Source of the DNA: Candidatus Eiseniibacteriota bacterium | GTDB lineage: Bacteria > Eisenbacteria > RBG-16-71-46 > CAZAMP01 | Direction: 5' to 3' | NCBI GenBank assembly: GCA_965224245.1 | Contig: OZ245046.1 | Location: forward strand, 3,296,001-3,360,000 | Length of the DNA: 64,000 nucleotides | Part shown: one piece after another, positions 1-8,950 of the stretch | Layout of the letters: the number at the start of each line of letters is the position of its first letter | Numbering within the stretch: the stretch's first letter is position 1 | Position numbers and translations under genes: made by a program | Notes under the pieces: model-generated | Databases searched by the model: none | Told to the model about the DNA's origin: nothing | The model's input: only the letters and a program-made list of their open reading frames with translations

Positions 1-188
1 AGCTTCTCCGGGTCCGCCGTGATCGTGCCCGAGAAATCCGTGAACGAGCCCTGCACGTTGCTGATCCCGAGGTGCCGGATCTTGAACGACATGACCGAGT
101 GAGCCGTGTCGATCTCGTACGTATTGGCCGACACGACCGCCGGAGCCGTCGCCATCGATACCACCAGCGCCAGAATGACGTTCCTCAT
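1..188 (-). CDS. YceI family periplasmic lipid/polyisoprenoid-binding protein (5' part, truncated by window edge)
   Basis: Manual translation from ATG at 188: MRNVILALVVSMATAPAVVSANTYEIDTAHSVMSFKIRHLGISNVQGSFTDFSGTI. Signal peptide plus the YceI signature (IDxxHS..F...H.G.S.V.G.F). GGAGG RBS upstream. Confidence 0.9.
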   Translation of the reverse strand, partial: MRNVILALVVSMATAPAVVSANTYEIDTAHSVMSFKIRHLGISNVQGSFTDFSGTITADPEK

Positions 189-241
189 CGGTTCCTCCCA
201 CGCGCGCGACGCGGTCACGCCCGCGCGCACGTTTGCGGTGT

Positions 242-736
242 TCAGGATGTTTCGTCCTCTGCCCCCGGCTCGCGCATCGCGAGCCGGATGTCCTCCAGGA
301 GCGCAATCAGCGTCCTCAGTCGGTCAACCCCGATGCCCCGGAGCTGCTCCTCGTGGAAGGCGAGCAGCGGCCCGTGCAGCCGGTCGACGAGCGCCCGTCC
401 CTCGGGGGTGATCCTCGCCGTCACGCACCGCCGGTCGTCGGCTCCGCGCTCGCGGCGGATCCAGCCGTGGCTCTCCAGTCGATCCAGGAGCCGCGTGACG
501 TCGGGGCCGGGGCTCACCAGGCGCTCCCCGATCTCCCGACACGTCAGCCCCGTCCCGCCCGCCCCCCGCAGGATGCGGAGGATGTTGTAGAGGGGCATCG
601 AGAGGTCGGCGGTCCGGAGGAAGCCCGCCGCCTGATGCGTCAGGAGGCCCGCCGTCCGGACGATGCTCAGGAATGCCTCCTGAGCCACCGACTCGAACGG
701 CCGCGACTGCTTGAGCTCGTTTCTAAGCGGTGACAT
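242..736 (-). CDS. MarR family transcriptional regulator
   Basis: wHTH motifs QEAFLSIVRTA, YNILRILRG, PDVTRLLDRLESHGWI.RER..DDRR; directly upstream of yceI. Confidence 0.93.
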   Translation of the reverse strand: MSPLRNELKQSRPFESVAQEAFLSIVRTAGLLTHQAAGFLRTADLSMPLYNILRILRGAGGTGLTCREIGERLVSPGPDVTRLLDRLESHGWIRRERGADDRRCVTARITPEGRALVDRLHGPLLAFHEEQLRGIGVDRLRTLIALLEDIRLAMREPGAEDETS

Positions 737-742
737 GCGGAG

Positions 743-771
743 AGATTATCTGTTTAAACAATCTTTGTCAA
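743..771 (-). promoter_or_regulatory. sigma70 promoter (TTGACA-17-TAATCT), probably leaderless, with palindromic operator TGTTTAAACA (751-760)
   Basis: The minus strand reads TTGACA aagattgtttaaacaga TAATCT ctccgc ATG. The -10 lies 6 nt before the start codon and there is no SD. Confidence 0.75.
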
Positions 772-843
772 GACAACTTACGTGAAAACATTCAATGGTC
801 GCCGAACTTCCTGTCAAGTCACTCAATATCTTTCAGTTACGGG

Positions 844-2547
844 TCAGGCGGGCACCCCGCGCGGGAGGTGAACGTCGAAGATCGCGCCGCCGTCCGGGCC
901 GGAGCGCGCATCGATCCGGCCCCCGTGAGCCCGGACCAGCCCGTCCACCAGCGTCAGCCCCAGACCCAGGCCCTCGACGTTGGCCCGATCGTCGCCGCGC
1001 ACGAACGGCGCAAAGAGGCGCCGCCCCATCCGCACGGGAACGCCGGGCCCGTGGTCGACCACCGAGAGCCGGACGCCGCCCTGGCCGGCCGCCTCGGGCT
1101 CGACCACGACGTGGATCCGCCGGTCGCGAGAGCCCCGGGCGTACTTCTCCGCGTTGTCGAGGAGGTTCTGGAGGATGTGGAGGACCGCGTCGGCGTCGAA
1201 CGCGACCTCGGGGAGGTCCTCGGCGATCCGGACGTCCAGCGTGGCCCCGCGCGCCTCCAGCGCGGGCCGGACCCGCTCGACGTGCTCGGCCACCGCGGCG
1301 CCGAAGTCGCCGTCGGCCGCGGAGATGTCGAGCCCACCCCGCTCCAGGCGCGTGTACCCGAGCACGTTGGACACGACACGCCCGAGGCGCTCGGCCTCGG
1401 ATCGGATCTTCCCGGCATACTCCTCGGCTCGCCCCGGCTTGCCCAACCCGTCGGCCAGCATGTCCGCGTAGAGACGCATGCCCGCCAGCGGCGTCCGGAG
1501 CTCGTGGGCCGCCGAGGCGGCGAACTGCGCGCGCTCACGTCCGAGACGATCGGTCTGGAGCACGAGCCCCACCAGAATCGCGCCGGCCAGGAGCGCCGCC
1601 GCCGCGACGGCGGCGAAGGTCCGCCGGAAGCGCGTGACGAGCGCCCGGGCTTCCAGATCGGACGCCTGGAAGGCCTGGGCGGCATCGAGGGCCACGTGCC
1701 ACGACGCCCCGGCCAGCTCGAGCGGGGCACCGACCACCGTGTTCCCGGTGGGACGGGTCGCCACCAGATCGGCCGGGTAGTACACGTCCGAGAGGGACGC
1801 CCGCAGCTCCGCGACGTCGACGAGGAACCCCTGCACGACGTTCGACCCTCCCAGCTGCACGAACCGGACCGCGACCAGGGCATCGGCACCGTTCAGCGTC
1901 ACCGTCTGCCACTGGATGGGACACAGCGACACGAAGTCCTCCGTCGCCAGCGACATCGCGAGGTCGGGGGGGAGTCCGTCGGCCGGGTCGTCGAGTGAAC
2001 CGTCCTCGGGCGCCACGATCGGCTCGGACCACGACGCAACCCGCGTGCCGGACGTGCTCTCGCACAGCTCGACCAGGGAGGGACGGACGTTTGCGAGCGC
2101 GGCCGAGAGCCGCTCCTCGGCGGCCAGCCAGTCGATGGGCCCCACGTGATGCTGGAGGCTCCGTCCGTAGGAGAGCCGCGGCATCGAGACCCGGCCCGCG
2201 CCGTCGAACTGGAAGTAGGCGCGGATGAACGGGTCGGTCGGCCTCTGCGACAGCGGTGACGTGGTCGACGAGTGGCACGCGCAGTCGCTGGCCGGGTCGT
2301 GAAACGTCAGCGCGTAGTGGTACACCGGACGCGTCGCCTCGGCCTGGCGGATGGTCTCCAGCCGGCCTCCGATCCGCTCGGCCTCTCCCTCCGCCACCCG
2401 CTGCGCCTGGACCAGGCTCAGGCTCCGGATGCGATCGGTCTCGCGGGAGACGGCCGCGTTGCCGACCACGTACCAGGCCCCGAGCGGGGCGGCGATCGCC
2501 GTGAACGTGAGCGCCGATGCGAGCATGATCCGTTTCGAGAATGCCAT
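844..2547 (-). CDS. Membrane sensor histidine kinase (HisKA + HATPase)
   Basis: Two TM segments, H-box AAHELRTPL, N-box NLLDNAEKY, G1 DHGPGV, F-box LFAPF, G2 GLGLGL. Confidence 0.95.
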   Translation of the reverse strand: MAFSKRIMLASALTFTAIAAPLGAWYVVGNAAVSRETDRIRSLSLVQAQRVAEGEAERIGGRLETIRQAEATRPVYHYALTFHDPASDCACHSSTTSPLSQRPTDPFIRAYFQFDGAGRVSMPRLSYGRSLQHHVGPIDWLAAEERLSAALANVRPSLVELCESTSGTRVASWSEPIVAPEDGSLDDPADGLPPDLAMSLATEDFVSLCPIQWQTVTLNGADALVAVRFVQLGGSNVVQGFLVDVAELRASLSDVYYPADLVATRPTGNTVVGAPLELAGASWHVALDAAQAFQASDLEARALVTRFRRTFAAVAAAALLAGAILVGLVLQTDRLGRERAQFAASAAHELRTPLAGMRLYADMLADGLGKPGRAEEYAGKIRSEAERLGRVVSNVLGYTRLERGGLDISAADGDFGAAVAEHVERVRPALEARGATLDVRIAEDLPEVAFDADAVLHILQNLLDNAEKYARGSRDRRIHVVVEPEAAGQGGVRLSVVDHGPGVPVRMGRRLFAPFVRGDDRANVEGLGLGLTLVDGLVRAHGGRIDARSGPDGGAIFDVHLPRGVPA

Positions 2548-2550
2548 CGG

Positions 2551-3228
2551 CTAGGGCTCTCCCCAGGCGTACCCGACGCCCTTGACCGTCACGATCAGGC
2601 TCGGCGCCTTCGGATCCGGCTCCACCTTCTGCCGCAGGTTCGCGATCGTCATGTCGACCGTGCGCGTGTTGAGATTGCCGGGCGCGTTCCAGACCTTCTC
2701 GAGCAGCTCCGAGCGTGGGACCGCCCGCTTCCGGTTCGTGTGGAGCAGTCGGATGATCGACACCTCGCGGGGCGTGAGTTCGGTGACGCTCCCCGACCGG
2801 GACACCTCGCAGCGCCCCAGATCGATCGACCCGTCCGGGATCATCACGACCTCGGACTCGGCCGGGGCCCGGTTGCGCCGCGAGAACGCCTCCACGCGGG
2901 CCAATAGCTCCCTCGCGCCGAATGGCTTGGTCACGTAGTCGTCCGCGCCCACCCCGAGCCCGACCACCTTGTCGTCCTCGTCCCCACGTGCGGTCAGGAT
3001 CAGGATGAACAGGTCCGGCCGCTCGTCTCGCAGGCGCCGGCACACCTCGAGACCGTCCGTGCCCGGAAGCATCAAGTCCAGGAGCACCAGGTCGACGGAT
3101 CGATTCCGGCCTGCGAGGAGGGCCGCGTCTCCGTCCAGCGCGGACGTCACGGTGTGGCCGTCGCCCTCGAGGAGATCGACGAGCGCCGCGTTCAGCGCCG
3201 GCTCGTCCTCGACCACCAGAACGTGCAT
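2551..3228 (-). CDS. OmpR/PhoB family response regulator
   Basis: MHVLVVEDE, LLDLMLP (phospho-Asp), LTAR, GADDYVTKPF, RTVDMTIANLRQK, TVKGVGY. Start taken at ATG 3228 after a GGAG RBS. Confidence 0.95.
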   Translation of the reverse strand: MHVLVVEDEPALNAALVDLLEGDGHTVTSALDGDAALLAGRNRSVDLVLLDLMLPGTDGLEVCRRLRDERPDLFILILTARGDEDDKVVGLGVGADDYVTKPFGARELLARVEAFSRRNRAPAESEVVMIPDGSIDLGRCEVSRSGSVTELTPREVSIIRLLHTNRKRAVPRSELLEKVWNAPGNLNTRTVDMTIANLRQKVEPDPKAPSLIVTVKGVGYAWGEP

Positions 3229-3619
3229 GACGGGACTCCTGCGGGATCGGGCCGGCCGGCTGCGCCTGCACGCGGCGTGACCGACCTCGGCGAACACATC
3301 TCTGCCGACACTATGTCACGAGCGTGGAGGCGGCGCGGTCAATTGCGCGTAAAAGCCCTCGCCGCTTGCCGCCACCCTCCGGCGGCGGCTATGTTCTCGG
3401 CGCCCGACACAGGACGGCCCTACACGGATGAACGGCCACGCCATGGGACGACGTTCGCGCGCCCGCCAACTCCTGCTCCGGCACGCCACGGCGAGCGACG
3501 GCACATCCGCCCCCCGTCCGCCCCCTCATTCGCTCTGCATCCCACGCCGCGCATCCGGGCCTTGCCGGCCCCCATCCAGACGACGCGATATCGACCCAAA
3601 CGATGATCGGAGATCCCCG

Positions 3620-3907
3620 ATGACGATCCTCACCCGCCTCGCCCGCACGGCCGTAACCCTCGCCCTGTCGGCCACGGTCTTCTCGATGACGCTGGCGCCA
3701 TCCGCGCAGGCGGACGTCACCTCCGACGGAGACCCGTGGGAGAACGAGCGACTCGGCGAGCCGGCCGACCCCCCGACCGACACCACGCTGACCGCGAGCG
3801 CGGGGACGACGAGCGACCTCGACGACGCCGGAGATCCCTGGGAGAACGAGCGACTCGCCGGAACGCTCATGGAGAGCACGGCCTGGTTGACTCTCGCGAT
3901 ACGCTGA
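3620..3907 (+). CDS. Small secreted protein (95 aa) with two identical GDPWENERL motifs; putative signalling-peptide precursor
   Basis: GGAGA RBS, ATG 3620, Sec-type signal MTILTRLARTAVTLALSATVFSMTLAPSAQA, repeats at 3728-3754 and 3830-3856, C-terminal WLTLAIR. Confidence 0.8.
   Translation: MTILTRLARTAVTLALSATVFSMTLAPSAQADVTSDGDPWENERLGEPADPPTDTTLTASAGTTSDLDDAGDPWENERLAGTLMESTAWLTLAIR
3728..3856 (+). repeat. Two-copy 27-nt coding repeat (GDPWENERL)
   Basis: GGAGACCCGTGGGAGAACGAGCGACTC vs GGAGATCCCTGGGAGAACGAGCGACTC; the two differences are both synonymous third positions. Confidence 0.95.
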
Positions 3908-3916
3908 TCCGAGGCC

Positions 3917-3943
3917 GGGGTCGCCGCGCCGTGCGGCGACTCC
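3917..3943. terminator. GC-rich hairpin between convergent genes
   Basis: GGGGTCGCCGC-gccgt-GCGGCGACTCC, 10 nt after the peptide stop; no U-tract. Confidence 0.5.
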
Positions 3944-3981
3944 ATCATCCCGTCCGCGCCGAGAAGCCGTGCCGGTCGATG

Positions 3982-6039
3982 TCACACACCGGGCCGCTCG
4001 GCTCGTGCCACACGGCTCGGTCCACGAAACGGCCACGGCAGCATCTCGGGAGAGATGCACCCCCCGCTCGACGCCACGTGGGCGAGCGCGCTGCACACGT
4101 CGCGAAGCTCACGAACGTTCCCGCGGCTCCACCCGTGCGCGACCAGACGATCCACCGTCGCCGGATCCAGGCGTGGAGCATCGGCCGCTTCGGGGAGCCG
4201 CTGCGAGAGGAACAGCAACGCCAGCGGCTCGATCTCCTCGGGTCGGTCACGCAACGCCGGCACCGTCACCACACGGCCGGAAAGCAGCTCGAAGAGCTCC
4301 GCATCGAAGGCTCCGCGCTCGATCAGCGGTCTCGGATCCTCGGTGGCGGTGCTGATCAGCCGGAGCGCGTTCTCGGGGTCGTCGTCGCCGCGCGATCGCA
4401 GGAACCGCACGAGCTCGCGCTGCATGCCCCGTGGCATGGACGTGACGTCCTCCAGGATCGCACTTCCGCCGTCGGCCATCGCGAAGTACCCCGACAACGT
4501 CCAGTCGTCGCCGACGTTTCCGGCGGCCGACAGATCCGGGAGCGTCTCGCAGGCGAGGTTCACGCACAGCCGGCCCCGGCGCCCGAGCTTGTGTACCGCC
4601 GCGGCGATCAGGCGCTTGCCCACGCCGGGCTCGCCGACGAGCATCGTGGGAATCTGATCACCGGCCGCCTCGACGAGCTGATCCAGCGTGGCCAGCATCC
4701 GTGGGCTGGATGCCCGAACGCCCATGCGTTCCCAGACCGCTCGCCGCGAGCGCGGCCGCGACAGCGCACGTTCACCCCGCTCCAGCCGGCGCAGGAGGCG
4801 CCCCAGCCCCAGTCGCCGATATCGCCGCGTCGCCCGTTCGAGGTTTCGCTCGCCGATGCGGGAGTGCCCGACGCTGGACCACAGGCGCGCCTGGTACTCG
4901 CGGGTGAGCGCCGCCTCGAACCGATAGCCCCGCCGATCCGCGATCGCGACCGCCTCGGCAAAGAGCTGCGCGGCGAGATCGCGCCGGCCGCGCTCGAACG
5001 CGATCACGCCCGACACGCGCAGCAGGGCGACGCGCTCGAAGTCGTCGTTCAGGGCGTGGGTGAGCCTGAGCCCCTCATGCGCATCGCGCTCGGCGTGCTC
5101 GAGCTCTCCCCGCGCGGCATGCGCCTCGGCGAGCCGCCGGTAGCACTCGAGAACGACATCCCCTTCCGGCGCGATCTCGAGCCCGATCCGAAGCGCCTCC
5201 TTGAAGTGAACGAGCGCCGGCTCCGGGTGTCCCAGATCGAGGAGGGCATCTCCGATGAACTCGTTCGCCAGCGCCTCGCCCCGCCGGAACTCGGTGGACC
5301 GGGAGCGGCGCAGCGCCTCGGCCGCGACCTTGCGGGCGTGGTGCGCCAGTCCGAGGTTGCGGTAGATCTGAGCCCGGACCAGCCACACGTTGGTCACGAA
5401 GTTGGCTCGCTGTGTGCCGTCGAGCTCGCGGGCCACCCGGTGGATGCGACGCAGCGCGTCCACGAACAGCCCCTGCTTGTGCTGGCAGATCGACAGATTC
5501 AGCCAGGCGGCCTGCGCGAGATCGGACTCGCCGGCCTCGCGTGCCCAGAGCTGTCCGACGTGGAACGCCCGTCGCGCCGTGCTCCAGTTCGACAGCATCG
5601 CGTTGGCGGTACCGATGTCGTTCTGCGTCTTGGAGAGCCCACGCGGATCGCGGGCGTCACCGAACAGCCGCAGCGCCTCCTTCAGCTCGTCGATCGCCTC
5701 GTGGGTGTGACCGATGCGGAGCAGGAACACGCCGATCCATCGCTGGAGATGGGCCAGATGCAGGACCTCGTCACACAGCGGCTCGGTCTGGCGCGCGATG
5801 CGCAGGAAGCGGAGTCCGCTCTCGAAGTTGCCCTCGCGATAGAACGCCGACGCGATCTCGTCCAGGACGGCGGGCGTCGGAACCGAGCCGCACACCAGCG
5901 CGGCATGCGCGTGGCTGAGCGCCGCGAAGCGTGGCGTGTCGGCCATGGCGTTCACGACCTGCCGGGTCGCCTCCAGCTCGCGGCTGACCGACTCGAGAAG
6001 CGCGGACAGTGGACGCGGTGGCTCTGCGTGCCACGTCAC
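3982..6039 (-). CDS. TPR-array protein fused to a degenerate sigma54-activator-type AAA+ domain
   Basis: About 400 aa of TPR-like helices, then GEPGVGK (Walker A), ILEDV, RLISTAT, VPALRDRPEEI, WSRGNVRELR. No GAFTGA and no C-terminal Fis HTH. Start uncertain (GTG 6039 or ATG 5946). Confidence 0.85.
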   Translation of the reverse strand: MTWHAEPPRPLSALLESVSRELEATRQVVNAMADTPRFAALSHAHAALVCGSVPTPAVLDEIASAFYREGNFESGLRFLRIARQTEPLCDEVLHLAHLQRWIGVFLLRIGHTHEAIDELKEALRLFGDARDPRGLSKTQNDIGTANAMLSNWSTARRAFHVGQLWAREAGESDLAQAAWLNLSICQHKQGLFVDALRRIHRVARELDGTQRANFVTNVWLVRAQIYRNLGLAHHARKVAAEALRRSRSTEFRRGEALANEFIGDALLDLGHPEPALVHFKEALRIGLEIAPEGDVVLECYRRLAEAHAARGELEHAERDAHEGLRLTHALNDDFERVALLRVSGVIAFERGRRDLAAQLFAEAVAIADRRGYRFEAALTREYQARLWSSVGHSRIGERNLERATRRYRRLGLGRLLRRLERGERALSRPRSRRAVWERMGVRASSPRMLATLDQLVEAAGDQIPTMLVGEPGVGKRLIAAAVHKLGRRGRLCVNLACETLPDLSAAGNVGDDWTLSGYFAMADGGSAILEDVTSMPRGMQRELVRFLRSRGDDDPENALRLISTATEDPRPLIERGAFDAELFELLSGRVVTVPALRDRPEEIEPLALLFLSQRLPEAADAPRLDPATVDRLVAHGWSRGNVRELRDVCSALAHVASSGGCISPEMLPWPFRGPSRVARAERPGV

Positions 6040-6309
6040 GGCCGGACCGCCGGTGAGGTCGTCGTCGACAATCGGAGCAGCATCCTGACTCCCGTCGTCT
6101 CGCCGTTGCCTTCGTGCACCGTGCCCGGCGCCGGGTGGGGCCCGGGAATCGTCCGGGGCGTCATAAGTCGTAGCATGGCAGGGGCTTCGCGCGCAAGCAG
6201 CACCCCTTGCCCCGGGGCCGTGGGTTGAGCCGGCCCCCCCGGGCGTGGTCCACTCCACCGCGCGGACCCGTCCCGTCCGACGATACCGCTACTTGAAGGA
6301 ACCACCACC

Positions 6310-7107
6310 GTGCGCCTGTTCGCCATCGGGGATCTCCACATGCCGGGCCCCCTCGGGAAGACCATGGACGTTTTCGGGGATCAGTGGATCGATCACCTCG
6401 ACCGCATCGCCGCCGACTGGGATCGCCGGGTCGGGGACGAGGACGTGGTCCTGGTGCCCGGCGACGTCTCGTGGGCACTCCGCCTGCGCGACGTCGAGAC
6501 CGATCTGGCCTGGCTCGGCGCCCGGCCGGGGACGACGATCCTGATCCGCGGAAACCACGACTACTGGTGGCAGTCCATCGGCAAGGTGCGCAACGCGTTG
6601 CCGCCTCGCTGCCACGCCATCCAGAACGACGCGTGGTGCTCCGAGGACGGCCGACTGGCCGTGGCGGGATCTCGCCTGTGGGACGTCCCCGACCTCCTCC
6701 TCGGGGACATCTTCGAGCCGGGCACCTCCCGCGCGGAGGACGCCGGTGACGCCGGAGACTCCGCGGGCTCCGCGTCCGGGGACGACGGCGCGAACGACGT
6801 GAGAATCTTCCGCCGCGAGCTGTCCCGTCTGGAGGCGTCGCTGTCGGCGATCCCCGCGCGGGCCGAACGCCGCGTGGTCATGACGCACTTCCCACCCACA
6901 AGTCCGTCGTTCGAGGCGACCCCGGTCACCGAGCTGCTCGACGCGCATCGGGTCGACGTCTGCGTCTTCGGGCACCTGCACGGCGTGCGCGCCGGCGTCA
7001 CCTTCGACGGCCGGCTGCACGGCGTGCGCTACGTGCTGGCGAGCGCCGATCATCTCGACTTCCGCCTGCTCGAGATCCCGCTCGACGTCACCCCGCCCGC
7101 GCCTTGA
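6310..7107 (+). CDS. Calcineurin-like metallophosphoesterase
   Basis: GDLH, PGDVSW, RGNHDYWW, MTHFPP, FGHLH motifs; GAAGGA RBS before GTG. Confidence 0.93.
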   Translation: MRLFAIGDLHMPGPLGKTMDVFGDQWIDHLDRIAADWDRRVGDEDVVLVPGDVSWALRLRDVETDLAWLGARPGTTILIRGNHDYWWQSIGKVRNALPPRCHAIQNDAWCSEDGRLAVAGSRLWDVPDLLLGDIFEPGTSRAEDAGDAGDSAGSASGDDGANDVRIFRRELSRLEASLSAIPARAERRVVMTHFPPTSPSFEATPVTELLDAHRVDVCVFGHLHGVRAGVTFDGRLHGVRYVLASADHLDFRLLEIPLDVTPPAP

Positions 7108-8950
7108 CGAACCGCGCGTCGGCACCGCGCACGAACTGGTTCGTGTAAAGCGCGTGGTAGCGGCCGCGCGCGGCGAGCAGCTCCTCATGGCTGCCCGCCT
7201 CCACGATCTCGCCCCCGTCGATCACCAGGATGCGGTCGGCGGCACGGATCGTCGAGAGTCGATGCGCGATCACGAACGAGATTCGCCCGCGGAGCACCGC
7301 GTCGATCCCCGCCTGGATCAGCTGCTCGGTCTCGGTGTCCACCGACGAGGTCGCTTCGTCCATCACGAAGATCTGCGGGTCCGCGAGCACCGCTCGCGCC
7401 AGCGACACGAGCTGCTTCTGCCCGGTCGAGAGACGGCTGCCGCCCTCCCCGACCTCGGTCAGGTAGCCCTCCGGCATCCCGTCGATGAACGCGTGCGCGT
7501 TGGCCACCTCGGCCGCCGCCCGGACCTCGGCCTCGGTCGCGTCCAGTCGACCGTACCGAATGTTGTCGAGGATCGAGCCCGAGAACAGGTGCGGCGTCTG
7601 CAGCACCATGCCCAGGTTCGACTGCAGCCAGCGGAGGCCCCGCCGCCGATAGTCGACGCCGTTGATCTCGATCCGCCCCGACGTCGGCTCGTAGAACCGG
7701 CACACGAGGTTCACGATCGTGCTCTTTCCCCCGCCGGTCGCACCGACCAGCGCGATCGTGTCGCCGGCGTTCACGGTCAGGTCCACCCGGCGAAGCACCG
7801 GCTCGCCGGGCACGTACTCGAACCCGACGTCGCGGAACGCGATCGTCTCGATCACCGCGTCGTGACCGTCCTCGGCCAGGCCGGCGGCGCGCTGGTGGGG
7901 CCGATCGGCCGCGAGGCGCCCCAGCACGTCCGGCGCGTCGCGGATCGCGGGCTCGGTCTCGAGAAGCCCGATCAGCCGCTCCGCCGACGCCTGCGCCGCC
8001 TGGAGCTCGGTGAACCGCTGTGCCAGCTCCTGGATCGGCATGTAGAAGAGCGCGGCGTACTGCATGAACGCGACCAGCGTGCCGTAGCTCAGCCCGCCCA
8101 CCTGCACGTCCAGCCCGCCCTTCCACAACGCGATCCCCACGCCGAAGCTGCCCAGCGTGATCACGATCGGCAGGTACACGGCGGCCTGGAGCGCGTTCCG
8201 CACCGACGCGGCGAACATGGTGCCGGTCAGGGTGTCGAACTCGGCCTGGTTGTCGACCTCTCGCACGAGCGTCTTCGTGGTCGGGACGCCCATGATCCCC
8301 TCGTTGAACGACGCGGTGATCCGGGAGTTCGTCCGCCGCACCAGGCGCTGGCTCTCCAGGAGCCGGCGCTGGAAGAAGACGCTCACCAGCGCCAGCGGAG
8401 GCACGATCAGCATCACGTACAGCGCGAGCCGCACGTCCAGGCTCAGCATCATCACGCTGATCCCGACGATCAGGCTCGTTCCCCAGACCAGATCGAGCGT
8501 CGACCACGGAATGACGTTCGACAGCTTCGCGCAGTCGGACGTCATGCGGGCCATCAGCCAACCCACCGGTCGCGTGTCGAAGAACGAGAACGACAGCTCC
8601 TGCAGCCGGCCGAAGCCGTCTCGCCGCACGTCGTGCGCGTAGCCGGTCGCCACGCGGCCGGCGATCACGATGAAGGTCCAGATGAGAACGCCGATGCCGA
8701 CGACCGCCACCGTGTAACCGGCGACGCCCCGGACGATCAGACCGGTGTCGCCGCCGGTCGCCCCGTCGATGATGACGCCGGTCAGCCAGGGCAGAACGGC
8801 GTCGAAGGCCGCCATGACGGCCCCCGACGCGCCGAGCGCCACGAGCTGACGGCGATACGGCGCCGCCAGCGACAGCACGCGACCCCACAGTCGCGGATCC
8901 AGCCGCGCCGGCTCGTCGACGTCTTCGTGCAAGTCCAGTGCGTCACTCAT
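7088..8950 (-). CDS. ABC exporter, fused TMD-NBD subunit 2
   Basis: 6-TM domain, Walker A GATGGGKS, signature LSTGQKQ, Walker B VMDEATS, IAHRLST. Start MSDALD overlaps the upstream stop. Confidence 0.95.
   Translation of the reverse strand: MSDALDLHEDVDEPARLDPRLWGRVLSLAAPYRRQLVALGASGAVMAAFDAVLPWLTGVIIDGATGGDTGLIVRGVAGYTVAVVGIGVLIWTFIVIAGRVATGYAHDVRRDGFGRLQELSFSFFDTRPVGWLMARMTSDCAKLSNVIPWSTLDLVWGTSLIVGISVMMLSLDVRLALYVMLIVPPLALVSVFFQRRLLESQRLVRRTNSRITASFNEGIMGVPTTKTLVREVDNQAEFDTLTGTMFAASVRNALQAAVYLPIVITLGSFGVGIALWKGGLDVQVGGLSYGTLVAFMQYAALFYMPIQELAQRFTELQAAQASAERLIGLLETEPAIRDAPDVLGRLAADRPHQRAAGLAEDGHDAVIETIAFRDVGFEYVPGEPVLRRVDLTVNAGDTIALVGATGGGKSTIVNLVCRFYEPTSGRIEINGVDYRRRGLRWLQSNLGMVLQTPHLFSGSILDNIRYGRLDATEAEVRAAAEVANAHAFIDGMPEGYLTEVGEGGSRLSTGQKQLVSLARAVLADPQIFVMDEATSSVDTETEQLIQAGIDAVLRGRISFVIAHRLSTIRAADRILVIDGGEIVEAGSHEELLAARGRYHALYTNQFVRGADARFVKARAG

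Noticed and set aside
3728-3856. Direct repeats read as a CRISPR mini-array or RiPP cores
   Set aside because: Only two copies, in frame, with synonymous differences; no cas genes and no adjacent modifying enzyme. The radical SAM gene is 43 kb away.
6036-6083. 15-codon ORF MLLRLSTTTSPAVRP with GGGAG upstream, its stop overlapping the GTG of the TPR-AAA+ gene
   Set aside because: Could be a coupling uORF, but its CAGGAT context equally fits a -10 box and there is no independent support.
6176-6190. TGGCAGGGGCTTCGC with GG-N10-GC spacing upstream of the metallophosphoesterase
   Set aside because: Poor -12 element and no enhancer-like sites; likely chance.
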